From Candidatus Fraserbacteria bacterium (GTDB lineage: Bacteria; Bipolaricaulota; Bipolaricaulia; RBG-16-55-9), in assembly GCA_037443265.1 (NCBI GenBank), contig JBBIOR010000007.1:1-49784 (forward strand): a DNA stretch of 49,784 bases, given 5' to 3'. This document shows positions 8,545 to 17,242 of this stretch, one piece after another. Position 1 is the first letter of the stretch. Every line of letters begins with the position of its first letter. Both the position numbers and the translations under genes were made by a program. The notes under the pieces were generated by a model, which was given only the letters and a program-made list of their open reading frames with translations, did not search any database and was not told where the DNA came from.

Positions 8545-9992
8545 CCCTACAAGATCTGATCGCCCTGCTGCCAGAGTTGATTCTGACGGGCGTGGCCATC
8601 ATCATCTTGATCCTGGATCTGTTTCTGCGCCCAGAGCAGAGACACGGGCTGGTCTGGGTGAGCTTGCTAGGGCTAGGCGCGGCGGCCATAGCGAACGGGC
8701 TTGTGCCGACTCAGATGGCGTCGCTGGCGCAAGGGATGCTCCGTTTCGATGAGCTCTCAAAGATCTTCAATTATATTTTCTTGTTGGGCTGCGCTTTAGC
8801 GCTGGTGCTCTCGCTGGAGTATCTCTGGCGGCAGGGCATCGCGCGCGGGGAGTACTACACGCTCGTCTTGCTCTCCACAGTGGGGGCGATGCTCATGGGA
8901 AGTAGCGCGGATCTTCTGATGCTCTTCTTGGGGCTGGAGACTCTTTCCATCCCGCTTTATATCTTGGCCACGTTCTTTATAGGGAGCGCATCCTCTCAAG
9001 AGGCCGGCCTGAAATATTTCTTGCTGGGAGCCTTCTCCAGCGCGCTCTTTCTCTACGGGATTGCGCTCGTGTATGGGGCGACCGGGACGACCCAGCTGGA
9101 TGCCCTCCCCAAAGCGCTCTGGGAGGCTATGGAGGGGACCCCGCTTCTGCTCTATGCAGGTGTGGGATTGCTTCTGGTGGGTCTGGGCTTTAAGGCCGCG
9201 GCGGTCCCTTTTCATACTTGGGCTCCGGATGTCTATGAAGGAGCGCCTACTTCGGCCACGGCCTTCATGGCGGTGGCTGCCAAGGCCGGAGCCTTCGCGG
9301 CCCTCTTGAGAGTCTTTGCCTTCGCGTTGCCGGCGCTGGCTGAGAGCTGGGCCTCTCTCATTGGGGTCCTGGCCGTGCTCACGATGATTTTGGGCAACGT
9401 CGTGGCCATAGTCCAGCTCAATCTCAAAAGACTCCTGGCGTATTCGAGCATCGCCCATGCGGGCTATCTGCTCATCGCCGTGGCCTCTGCCCAGAGTCCT
9501 GTGCTCATGGCACCGGCTACTTCTAGCTTGCTTTTTTATCTGCTCGTCTACACGCTCATGACGCTGGGCGCGTTTGGGGTGCTCATGTTGGCTGAAGGCC
9601 AGGGCGAAAATCTTTCACTCTCCGATCTATCCGGCCTGGCGACGCGCCATCCTTGGGCGGCCGCCTCTATGGCCCTCTTTATGATCTCGCTTGCCGGGCT
9701 TCCCCCAACGGCGGGCTTCTTCGCCAAATTTTATGTGTTTAGCGCGGCGATCCAAGCGGGTGAGTGGGGGCTAGTTCTCATCGGCGTGCTCACCAGTGTG
9801 GTCTCCGTCTATTATTATTTGCGGGTTGTGTATTTTATCTATATGCGCCCGGCGACGGTCGAGCGCCCCCTGCACGTCTCCTCACTGGCTCTTTTGGGAC
9901 TGGCTCTGGCGGCCCTGGGAGTGCTCGTCCTGGGGCTCTACCCTCCGCTGGCACTAAGCTGGATCGCGCAGATCCTCCGCGCGCTCCCTTAG
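8541..9992 (+). CDS. nuoN: NADH-quinone oxidoreductase subunit N
   Basis: EAGLKYFLLG, FKAAAVPFHTWAPDVYEGAP, KRLLAYSSIAHAGY. Confidence 0.96.
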   Translation: MTLQDLIALLPELILTGVAIIILILDLFLRPEQRHGLVWVSLLGLGAAAIANGLVPTQMASLAQGMLRFDELSKIFNYIFLLGCALALVLSLEYLWRQGIARGEYYTLVLLSTVGAMLMGSSADLLMLFLGLETLSIPLYILATFFIGSASSQEAGLKYFLLGAFSSALFLYGIALVYGATGTTQLDALPKALWEAMEGTPLLLYAGVGLLLVGLGFKAAAVPFHTWAPDVYEGAPTSATAFMAVAAKAGAFAALLRVFAFALPALAESWASLIGVLAVLTMILGNVVAIVQLNLKRLLAYSSIAHAGYLLIAVASAQSPVLMAPATSSLLFYLLVYTLMTLGAFGVLMLAEGQGENLSLSDLSGLATRHPWAAASMALFMISLAGLPPTAGFFAKFYVFSAAIQAGEWGLVLIGVLTSVVSVYYYLRVVYFIYMRPATVERPLHVSSLALLGLALAALGVLVLGLYPPLALSWIAQILRALP

Positions 9993-10028
9993 TTGGAGCG
10001 CTCTTCTTCTCTGTGCTATAGTGAATCC

Positions 10029-10496
10029 ATGCTCATTGGTGACCTCATGACTCGGGATGTGCTTACTGCCCGAGAGGATGAGACTCTCATGACGGCCATG
10101 CGGCGGATGCTCTCTCAGCGCCTCGACGGCCTGCCCGTGGTCGACGGCGAGGGCCGCCTGAAGGGCCTCTTGGAGATCGATGATCTGCTCCCCAAGCTCG
10201 AGCCCGTCCCCTTCTCTGAATTGGCTGCGCTCAAGCTCTTCGATGAGTGGGTGGATGAGAACAATCTGGAAGGCTTCTATCAGCAGTACCAGAAGATGAG
10301 CGTGGCGAAGATGATGCGTCCGAATGTGGACGTCCTCTCCCCAGAGGACTCCCTGTCCAAGGCCCTTCATCTGATGGCCAGAAGCGGCGCGCGCCTTCTG
10401 CCGGTGGTCGGGGAGGAGCAGCGGCTGGTAGGCGTCCTCACCCGCAGCGATATCTTACGCACGCTCACCCGCACAGAGAGAGAGAGAGGAGTATGA
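10029..10496 (+). CDS. CBS-domain pair protein
   Basis: Two CBS repeats (LPVVDGEGRLKGLL, LPVVGEEQRLVGVLTRSDIL); ATG at 10029 lies 6 nt after TGcTATAGT. Confidence 0.88.
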   Translation: MLIGDLMTRDVLTAREDETLMTAMRRMLSQRLDGLPVVDGEGRLKGLLEIDDLLPKLEPVPFSELAALKLFDEWVDENNLEGFYQQYQKMSVAKMMRPNVDVLSPEDSLSKALHLMARSGARLLPVVGEEQRLVGVLTRSDILRTLTRTERERGV

Positions 10497-11662
10497 ACAC
10501 CGCCGCGCACCTTTTGGAGCTCTTCTATCTCTTTTTGGCCGCCTCTCTTTTGGGCTGGCTCTTTCGGCGCTTTCAGCAGCCGACGGTAATCGGCCAGATG
10601 CTCGCGGGCATCCTGGTGGGCCCGGCCCTCCTGGGCCTCGTCCATGAGGGCGAGATTCTAGAATTTCTGGCCGAGATGGGCGCGGTCTTTCTGCTCTTCC
10701 GCGTGGGTCTGGAAATCCGCTTCAAGGACATCCTCTCCGTGGGCCGCGAGGCCTTCTCAGTAGCCATAATCGGCGTGGCTCTTCCGTTCTTGGGAGGCTA
10801 TCTTTACGGGGGCCTGATCGGCTTCGCTCAATTGCCGGCACTCTTTCTGGGGACGGCCCTGGTGGCCACCAGTGTAGGCATCACCGCAGCGGTTTTGCAA
10901 GAGCTGGGCGTCCTCTCCCGCTCTTATAGTCGCATCATCTTGGGAGCGGCCGTCATTGATGACATCCTCGGGCTGATCGTATTGGCCATCGTCTCGGGGG
11001 TGGCCCAGGCCGGCGTCGTGGACGTTGGATCGATCCTTAAGCTCAGTCTGCTCTCGCTGGCCTTCGTGGGCGGTGCAGCGCTGCTGATCTCCGTGATCCG
11101 TCATCTCCCGCTGGATCGAATCCCAAACCCGTACAGTTTTGCCCTCGTCTGGGGCTTGGGCCTCTCTGCCCTCTCTGCAGCCATAGGATTGGCCCCCATC
11201 GTCGGAGCGTTCTTAGCCGGCATGATCCTCGCGGAAGTCCGGGAGCAGCACGATCTCGATCAGCCTGTCGCAGCCGTGGAGTCATTTCTCGCCCCGATAT
11301 TCTTTGCCATGGTGGGCGTGCGGCTGGAGCTGGCCGTCTTTGGGGATCTTAAGATCCTGGCCGCCGGGGCCATGGTGAGCCTGATTGCCATCCTCGGAAA
11401 ACTTCTGGGAGGCCTGGGAGCACTCACCCAGGGCCTCCGCGAGATGGTGCTCGTGGGCACCGGCATGGTCCCCCGGGGTGAGGTGGGCCTGATCGTGGTA
11501 GCCATTGGGCTTTCGGCAGGGGCGGTCGTTCAGGAAGAATATGCCATTGTGCTTTTTATGGTGGTGGTGACCACGCTCTTTGCGCCTCTGGCTCTGCGCT
11601 TGCTCATCCACCGTCTGGAGGGTCAGAAGGAGAGGGCACCGGAGCCCGCCCCCGCAGACTAG
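10493..11662 (+). CDS. Cation:proton antiporter, CPA2/NapA family
   Basis: ATSVGIT, GAAVIDDILG and GMVPRGEVG motifs; multi-pass hydrophobic profile. Confidence 0.92.
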   Translation: MNTAAHLLELFYLFLAASLLGWLFRRFQQPTVIGQMLAGILVGPALLGLVHEGEILEFLAEMGAVFLLFRVGLEIRFKDILSVGREAFSVAIIGVALPFLGGYLYGGLIGFAQLPALFLGTALVATSVGITAAVLQELGVLSRSYSRIILGAAVIDDILGLIVLAIVSGVAQAGVVDVGSILKLSLLSLAFVGGAALLISVIRHLPLDRIPNPYSFALVWGLGLSALSAAIGLAPIVGAFLAGMILAEVREQHDLDQPVAAVESFLAPIFFAMVGVRLELAVFGDLKILAAGAMVSLIAILGKLLGGLGALTQGLREMVLVGTGMVPRGEVGLIVVAIGLSAGAVVQEEYAIVLFMVVVTTLFAPLALRLLIHRLEGQKERAPEPAPAD

Positions 11663-14600
11663 TCAATGTCCAGCTCTTTGCCGTCGGCGTTGTAGGCCCT
11701 AAACGAGAGTGCCAGGCTCTTCAGTTCTTTGACGAGCACGCGGAAGGACTCGGGCAGGCCCGGCTTGGGGTACTCTTCGCCCTTGAGGATCGCTTTATAG
11801 AGCTTCACCCGCCCTTGTGGGTCATCGCTCTTGAGCGTGAGCATCTCTTGCAAGGTGTGCGCAGCCCCATAGGCCTCTAGAGCCCAGACCTCCATCTCGC
11901 CTACGCGCTGGCCGCCCAGACGAGCCTTTCCGCCCAGCGGCTGCTGCGTGATGAGTGAGTACGGCCCCGTGGAGCGGGCGTGGACCTTCTCATCCGCGAT
12001 GTGCTCCAGCTTCAAGAGGTACATATAGCCCACTACGACGGGGTGATCGAAAGGCTCTCCGGTGCGCCCGTCGCGCAGGATCACTTTGCCATCGGGTTTC
12101 CCGTCGGGGTCCTCCAGGCCATCGCCCACGTCTAGACCCCGCTCCACTCTAAGCTTGTGGAGCTCTTGGAAGATCTCTTCCTCTTTGGCGCCGTCGAAGA
12201 CCGGCGAGGCCACATACTCGCCCTTAAGATGAGCCAGCCAGCCCAAGTGGGCCTCGAAGACCTGGCCCAAGTTCATCCGGGAGGGCACACCCAACGGGTT
12301 CAAGATCAAATCTACTGGCGTGCCATCGGGCAGAAACGGCATGTCCTCTTCCGGGAGGATCTTGGCGATTACGCCCTTGTTGCCATGGCGGCCAGCCAGT
12401 TTGTCCCCCACGGAGATCTTCTTGCGCTGCGCCACATAGACTTTCACGAGCTCATTGACGCCGGCCTCCAGCTCGTCTCCCTGGTTGCGCGAGAATTTCT
12501 TGACGCGAATGACTTTACAGCCCTCACTGGAAGGCGGCAGTGTCTTCGAGGTGTTCTTTACGGCCCGCGTCTTCTCCCCGAAGATCGATCTAAAGATTCG
12601 CTCTTCGGGCGTGGGCTCGCTCTCGCCGCGGGGGGTGAGCTTGCCCACTAAAATATCGCCGGTGCGGACTTCGGTGCCCACCCGGATGACCCCGGAGTCG
12701 TCCAGATTGCGCAGCTCTTCGCGGCTGATATCGGGAATATCGTTGGTGATCTCCTCGGGGCCGAGCTTCGTCTCCTCCGCCCGCACCTCAAATTCCTGAA
12801 TGTGGATGGAGTCGAGGACATCTTCCTTGACGAGCCTTTCGGAGATGACGATGGCGTCCTCGTAGTTGTAGCCCTCAAAGGGCATGAAGGCCACCAGCAC
12901 GTTGGTGCCCAGGGCGAGCTCCCCCTGATCCGTGCTCTCCGAATCGGCGAGTACAGCGCCCCTCTTGACCTTCTGGCCCTTCTGGACGATGGGCCGCTGG
13001 TGCAGGATCGTATCTTGATTGGAGTTCTCGAAGACCCGCAGCGGGTAGATGCGCTCCTTCTTGCCGCTGCGCACTCGGATCTGGGTGGCGTCCACATACG
13101 TCACGAGGCCGTCTTCTTCGGCCATGACCAGCCGGCCGGAGTCGCGGGCGGCGACCCACTCCATACCCGTGCCCACATAGGGGGCCTGAGGTTTCACCAG
13201 AGGCACGGCCTGGCGCTGCATGTTGGCCCCCATGAGCGCCCGGTTGGCATCGTCATGCTCCAGGAAGGGGATGAGCGAGGCGGAGACCCCGACTAGAGCC
13301 GCCGGCGAGACCTCCAGATAGTGCACCTCTTCCGGGGGAACGCGCTTGATCTCCTCCTGGCCCGTGCGAATCTCTATAAAATCCCCCATAAGGCGCCCCT
13401 GCGCGTCTATGGGAGTCGTCGCCGGGGCGATGTTATAGCGCTCTTCGACATCGGCCATCAGCCACTCGATCTGGTCAGTGACTCTGCCCTTCTCGACCTT
13501 GCGATAGGGCGTCTCCAAAAAGCCGTAATCATTGATGCGGGCGTAAGTGGCCATCGAGGTAATCAGCCCGATGTTCTGGCCTTCGGGTGTCTCGATCGGG
13601 CAGATCCGTCCATAGTGCGACGGATGGACGTCGCGCACTTCCAGCTTGGCACGCTTCTTGTTGGCGCTCGCCCCCAGAGCGGAGAGCCGCCTCTTGTGGG
13701 TGAGCTCTGTAAGAGGATTCACTTGCTCCAGATATTGGGAGAGTCTTCCGGTGTAGAAGAGCTTGTTGATGGCACTCTGCACCACGCGGGCCAGCACGAG
13801 ATTCCTTAAGGGTTCTTCCTCTTCGAGCGAGTATTTGCTCAAGCGATCGGCGGTGATCTTGGCCATGCGTCTAAGACCCGCGCGCAGAGCGTCCGCCGCT
13901 GTCTCACCGGGAGTCTTGACCCGCTTGTTCGCCAGATGATCTTTGTCGTCGAGTAGGTGTGGATTTCCTGGGATCCCCAGCTTCGGGTCGCCCGGAATCT
14001 CGAGGAGTCGCTCCAAGATGAGCACGATCTCTTCCAGATGCAGCACGGTCTCCTTCTCGGGGAAGCTGAGCCCCAATTTCTTGTTGATCATGAAGCGCCC
14101 CACCCGAGAGAGATTGTACGTCTCGGGGTTCATGTAGAGCTGTTCAAAATATTCTTGCATGGTCTTGAGCGAGGCTCGCTCGCTGGAGCGCAGCTTCCGG
14201 TAGATGAGCTGGAGAGCCTCTTTTTGATCGGCCGCCCGATCTTCTTCCAGGCTCTTCTGAATGTAGCGATAGACCAGCCGAATGCGCGGGACCTTGGCCC
14301 GGACGATCTGTTCGATGAGCTCCGGCTTAAGCTCTTCTCCCTCGCGCAGGATCACTTGATGGTTCGTCACGGCCTCGCTCACGCGATACCCGATGAATCT
14401 CGCGAGTTTTTCGGCGCTGATGGGGTTGAGCACAAAGTGGAAGCGCCTCAGAATCTCTTCCGTGGACATGCCGAAGGCCCTAAGCACCGTGGTGGCGGGT
14501 ACGGTGGCTTTGCGATCCAGATGGGCCGTGACCCGCTCGCGCTTCGTATCGAGAATGAATTCCAGCCAGGCTCCGGCTTCGGGCCGCACCTGCGCGTGGA

Positions 14601-15054
14601 ATTCATTCCCCTTGGGAGAGCCGAAGGGATTCGGGTCCTCTTGAGTAAAATAGACCCCCGGCGAGATGGCCAGATGATTGACGATCACGTTCTCGCTGCC
14701 ATTGATGATGAACGTCCCCCGCTCCGTCATGAGCGGGATCTCCGCCAGGAAGAGATCGTCTTCCTTGACGAGTTTTCCGCCCCTCTTCAGGCGCCCCTTC
14801 ACCCGAAGGGGCGCGGCATACGTCAAATTCTTGTCCTTGCAGTCCTGCTCACTGTAATGCGGCTTGAGCAGGTGCGGCTCGCTGAGCTCCAGCACCAGAT
14901 CGTCCTTGCCCTCAGCCGGGATGACGGCGATCTCCCGAAACAGCTCCTTAAGTCCCTGGGTGAGGAACCACTCATAAGATCGCTTCTGGTCTTCCAGCAA
15001 ATAGGGAAGCTCTAAGACCGGTTTGACCCGGCCGTACGAACGCCTCTGCCTCAC
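11659..15054 (-). CDS. rpoB: RNA polymerase beta subunit
   Basis: RDVHPSHYGRICPIETPEG, GDKLAGRHGNKG, GQRVGEMEVWALEAYGA. Confidence 0.98.
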   Translation of the reverse strand: MRQRRSYGRVKPVLELPYLLEDQKRSYEWFLTQGLKELFREIAVIPAEGKDDLVLELSEPHLLKPHYSEQDCKDKNLTYAAPLRVKGRLKRGGKLVKEDDLFLAEIPLMTERGTFIINGSENVIVNHLAISPGVYFTQEDPNPFGSPKGNEFHAQVRPEAGAWLEFILDTKRERVTAHLDRKATVPATTVLRAFGMSTEEILRRFHFVLNPISAEKLARFIGYRVSEAVTNHQVILREGEELKPELIEQIVRAKVPRIRLVYRYIQKSLEEDRAADQKEALQLIYRKLRSSERASLKTMQEYFEQLYMNPETYNLSRVGRFMINKKLGLSFPEKETVLHLEEIVLILERLLEIPGDPKLGIPGNPHLLDDKDHLANKRVKTPGETAADALRAGLRRMAKITADRLSKYSLEEEEPLRNLVLARVVQSAINKLFYTGRLSQYLEQVNPLTELTHKRRLSALGASANKKRAKLEVRDVHPSHYGRICPIETPEGQNIGLITSMATYARINDYGFLETPYRKVEKGRVTDQIEWLMADVEERYNIAPATTPIDAQGRLMGDFIEIRTGQEEIKRVPPEEVHYLEVSPAALVGVSASLIPFLEHDDANRALMGANMQRQAVPLVKPQAPYVGTGMEWVAARDSGRLVMAEEDGLVTYVDATQIRVRSGKKERIYPLRVFENSNQDTILHQRPIVQKGQKVKRGAVLADSESTDQGELALGTNVLVAFMPFEGYNYEDAIVISERLVKEDVLDSIHIQEFEVRAEETKLGPEEITNDIPDISREELRNLDDSGVIRVGTEVRTGDILVGKLTPRGESEPTPEERIFRSIFGEKTRAVKNTSKTLPPSSEGCKVIRVKKFSRNQGDELEAGVNELVKVYVAQRKKISVGDKLAGRHGNKGVIAKILPEEDMPFLPDGTPVDLILNPLGVPSRMNLGQVFEAHLGWLAHLKGEYVASPVFDGAKEEEIFQELHKLRVERGLDVGDGLEDPDGKPDGKVILRDGRTGEPFDHPVVVGYMYLLKLEHIADEKVHARSTGPYSLITQQPLGGKARLGGQRVGEMEVWALEAYGAAHTLQEMLTLKSDDPQGRVKLYKAILKGEEYPKPGLPESFRVLVKELKSLALSFRAYNADGKELDID

Positions 15055-15090
15055 GGATTCTCTCCTCCTAGGGTGTTGGGCAGGGATGCT

Positions 15091-15483
15091 CTATTGCAGC
15101 TCGACTTCCGCGCCTAGCTGCTCTAACTGGGCCTTGAGCTGGTTGGCCTCCTCCGGGCTTAGGCCGTCTTTGACCACCGCGGGCAGCGCATCCACGAGCT
15201 CCTTGCACTCCTTTAGACCCTTGCCCGTAATGTCTTTGATCTTCTTGATGAGCTGGACCTTCTGCTGGCCCGCGTTCTTGAGGACGACCTTCACCGTCGT
15301 GGGCGCCGCAGCCGGTGCCGCTCCTCCTGCTGGGGCGCCCGCGGCAGGCACGGCGGCTACAGCCACGGCCGCCTGCGCGCTCACCCCGTACTTCTCCTCC
15401 AACGCTTTTACCAGCGCATGGAGGTCCTTCACCGTCATGCCGTCAATGGCCTCGAGAATCTGCTCCGCTGTCATCGTACTCAT
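15091..15483 (-). CDS. rplL: 50S ribosomal protein L7/L12 (own start inside the fused L10-L12 frame)
   Basis: ILEAIDGMTV..LVKALEEKYGVSA, Ala-rich hinge, GLKECKELVD; AGAAAGGAG SD upstream of the ATG at 15483. Confidence 0.92.
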   Translation of the reverse strand: MSTMTAEQILEAIDGMTVKDLHALVKALEEKYGVSAQAAVAVAAVPAAGAPAGGAAPAAAPTTVKVVLKNAGQQKVQLIKKIKDITGKGLKECKELVDALPAVVKDGLSPEEANQLKAQLEQLGAEVELQ

Positions 15484-16047
15484 CTGTGAGGCTCCTTTCT
15501 CCTGCTCAGGGTCAGGGTCAAGTTGAGTTTGCTCCTTCTTCTTCTGCTGCTCGATGGCGTGTAAGGCCACTGTGAGTTTGCGCCAGAGGCCGCCCAGAGC
15601 CGTGGCTAGCCCCCGAATGGGGCTCTGGAAGGCTCCGGCCAAGCGGGCCAAGAGCTCCTCGCGGGTAGGCAGCTTGGCCCATTCTTCCACCCCGTGGGCA
15701 TCGACCAGCGACCCCTCGATCACCCCGCCCCGAATCTTGTACTGCTCAAATCTTCTGGCGACGGCCACCGCGAGCTTAACGGCCAATGAGGGGTTGTCAT
15801 AGCCAAAGCAGATGCCCGTAGGGCCCTCCAAGAGCGGCTCGATCTCGATTCCGGCACGAGCTGCGGCCAGCTTGGCCAAGCGATTCTTCACCACACGATA
15901 TTCCAGGTGATGACGCTTCAGTTCCCGGCGGACTTCCACCATGTCGCCGGAGGAGAGCCCGCGGAACCCTGTAATGACAAGGGCCTTCGCACGCTTGAAT
16001 CTCTCTTCCAACTCCTGGACTTGACGTTCCTTCTCGGCCGTAGGCAT
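15091..16047 (-). CDS. rplJ: 50S ribosomal protein L10, reading through in frame into L7/L12
   Basis: YRVVKNRLAKLA, LEGPT, LPTREELLARLAG; no stop before rplL in this sequence. Confidence 0.88.
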   Translation of the reverse strand: MPTAEKERQVQELEERFKRAKALVITGFRGLSSGDMVEVRRELKRHHLEYRVVKNRLAKLAAARAGIEIEPLLEGPTGICFGYDNPSLAVKLAVAVARRFEQYKIRGGVIEGSLVDAHGVEEWAKLPTREELLARLAGAFQSPIRGLATALGGLWRKLTVALHAIEQQKKKEQTQLDPDPEQEKGASQMSTMTAEQILEAIDGMTVKDLHALVKALEEKYGVSAQAAVAVAAVPAAGAPAGGAAPAAAPTTVKVVLKNAGQQKVQLIKKIKDITGKGLKECKELVDALPAVVKDGLSPEEANQLKAQLEQLGAEVELQ

Positions 16048-16067
16048 CTTAGCTTAGCTTAGCTTAG
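16048..16067. repeat. (CTAAG)4 pentamer repeat filling the rplA-rplJ junction
   Basis: cttagcttagcttagcttag on the plus strand; includes the rplA stop codon. Confidence 0.85.
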
Positions 16068-16777
16068 AGCCTCCTCTCCGCCACCCGTCGGCTCACTTCA
16101 TCCGGGTCGAGCTTGATCCCCGGCCCCATGGTGGAGGAGATCGTCACCCTTCTTAGATAGCGGCCCTTCACATCCTGGGGCTTCTCCTCGAAGAGGGCCG
16201 AAGCCAGCGCCCAAAAATTTTCTAATAGCTGCTCCTCCGGGAAGGAGACCTTGCCGAAGGGCGAATGAATCTGCCCATACTCATCCAGGCGAAACTCCAG
16301 CTTCCCCTGCTTGAGTTCTTTGATGGCTTGGCCGATGTCTCTGGTGACCGTGCCCGTCTTGGGCGAGGGCATCAGGCCTCGGGGACCCAGAATGCGCCCC
16401 AGGCGGCTGACTACGCCCATCATCTCCGGCGTGGACACCACTCGATCGAAATCCATCCAGCCCTCTTCGATCTTCTTGACGAGATCCTCGCCGCCGGTGT
16501 AGTCCGCCCCGGCCTCCTCGGCCTCCTTGAGAGCTTCCCCCTTAGCAAAGGCTAGCACCTTAACGCTCTGGCCCGTGCCGTGGGGGAGAGTTACCGTCCC
16601 GCGGATCCGATGTTCGTTCCTCTTGGGGTCGACTCCCAGTCGAAACGCGGCTTCGGCCGTCTCATCGAACTTGGCCGTGGCACACTCCTTCATCAGACGG
16701 ATCGCCTCTTCGACGGAATAGCACCGACTGCGATCCACTCTCTCCTTGACCGCCAAAAAGCGCTTTCCATGCTCCAT
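16064..16777 (-). CDS. rplA: 50S ribosomal protein L1
   Basis: AKFDET, RGTVTLPHGTG, LGPRGLMPSPKTGTVT, SSTMGPG. Confidence 0.97.
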   Translation of the reverse strand: MEHGKRFLAVKERVDRSRCYSVEEAIRLMKECATAKFDETAEAAFRLGVDPKRNEHRIRGTVTLPHGTGQSVKVLAFAKGEALKEAEEAGADYTGGEDLVKKIEEGWMDFDRVVSTPEMMGVVSRLGRILGPRGLMPSPKTGTVTRDIGQAIKELKQGKLEFRLDEYGQIHSPFGKVSFPEEQLLENFWALASALFEEKPQDVKGRYLRRVTISSTMGPGIKLDPDEVSRRVAERRL

Positions 16778-16780
16778 AGT

Positions 16781-17224
16781 TTACGCACTCTCCACGATCT
16801 CAATGCCCATGTTGCGGGCCGTGCCCGCGATGATCTTCATGGCAGCCTCAAGATTATCCGTGTTGAGATCGGGCAGCTTCATCTCGGCGATCTTCTTCAG
16901 TTGCTCGCGGGTGATCTTGCCCACCTTCTGCGCGTTCGGAACTCCAGAGCCCTTGGGCACTCCAGCGGCCCGCTTGAGGAGCTCACTGGCCGGCGGCTTC
17001 TTCAGCACAAAATCGAAGCTCTTGTCGATATAGACGGAGATCTGGACCGGGATGATCAACCCCTTCTCCATCTCTTTGGTGGCCTCGTTGAACTTCTTGC
17101 AGAAGTCCATGATGTTCACTTTGTGCTCGCCCAGGGCCGGACCCACCGGCGGAGCCGGGGTCGCTCCCCCAGCCGGGATCTGCAATTTAATCACGGCTTC
17201 CACCCTCTTGCCCGGTGCAGGCAT
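16781..17224 (-). CDS. rplK: 50S ribosomal protein L11
   Basis: [27 protein letters not shown]. Confidence 0.97.
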   Translation of the reverse strand: MPAPGKRVEAVIKLQIPAGGATPAPPVGPALGEHKVNIMDFCKKFNEATKEMEKGLIIPVQISVYIDKSFDFVLKKPPASELLKRAAGVPKGSGVPNAQKVGKITREQLKKIAEMKLPDLNTDNLEAAMKIIAGTARNMGIEIVESA

Positions 17225-17242
17225 GATATCCCTCTCCTCAGC

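Noticed and set aside
13957..15015. 352-aa plus-strand ORF and similar long ORFs opposite rpoB, tuf, nusG and mutS
   Set aside because: Shadow frames caused by codon bias in the real genes on the other strand.
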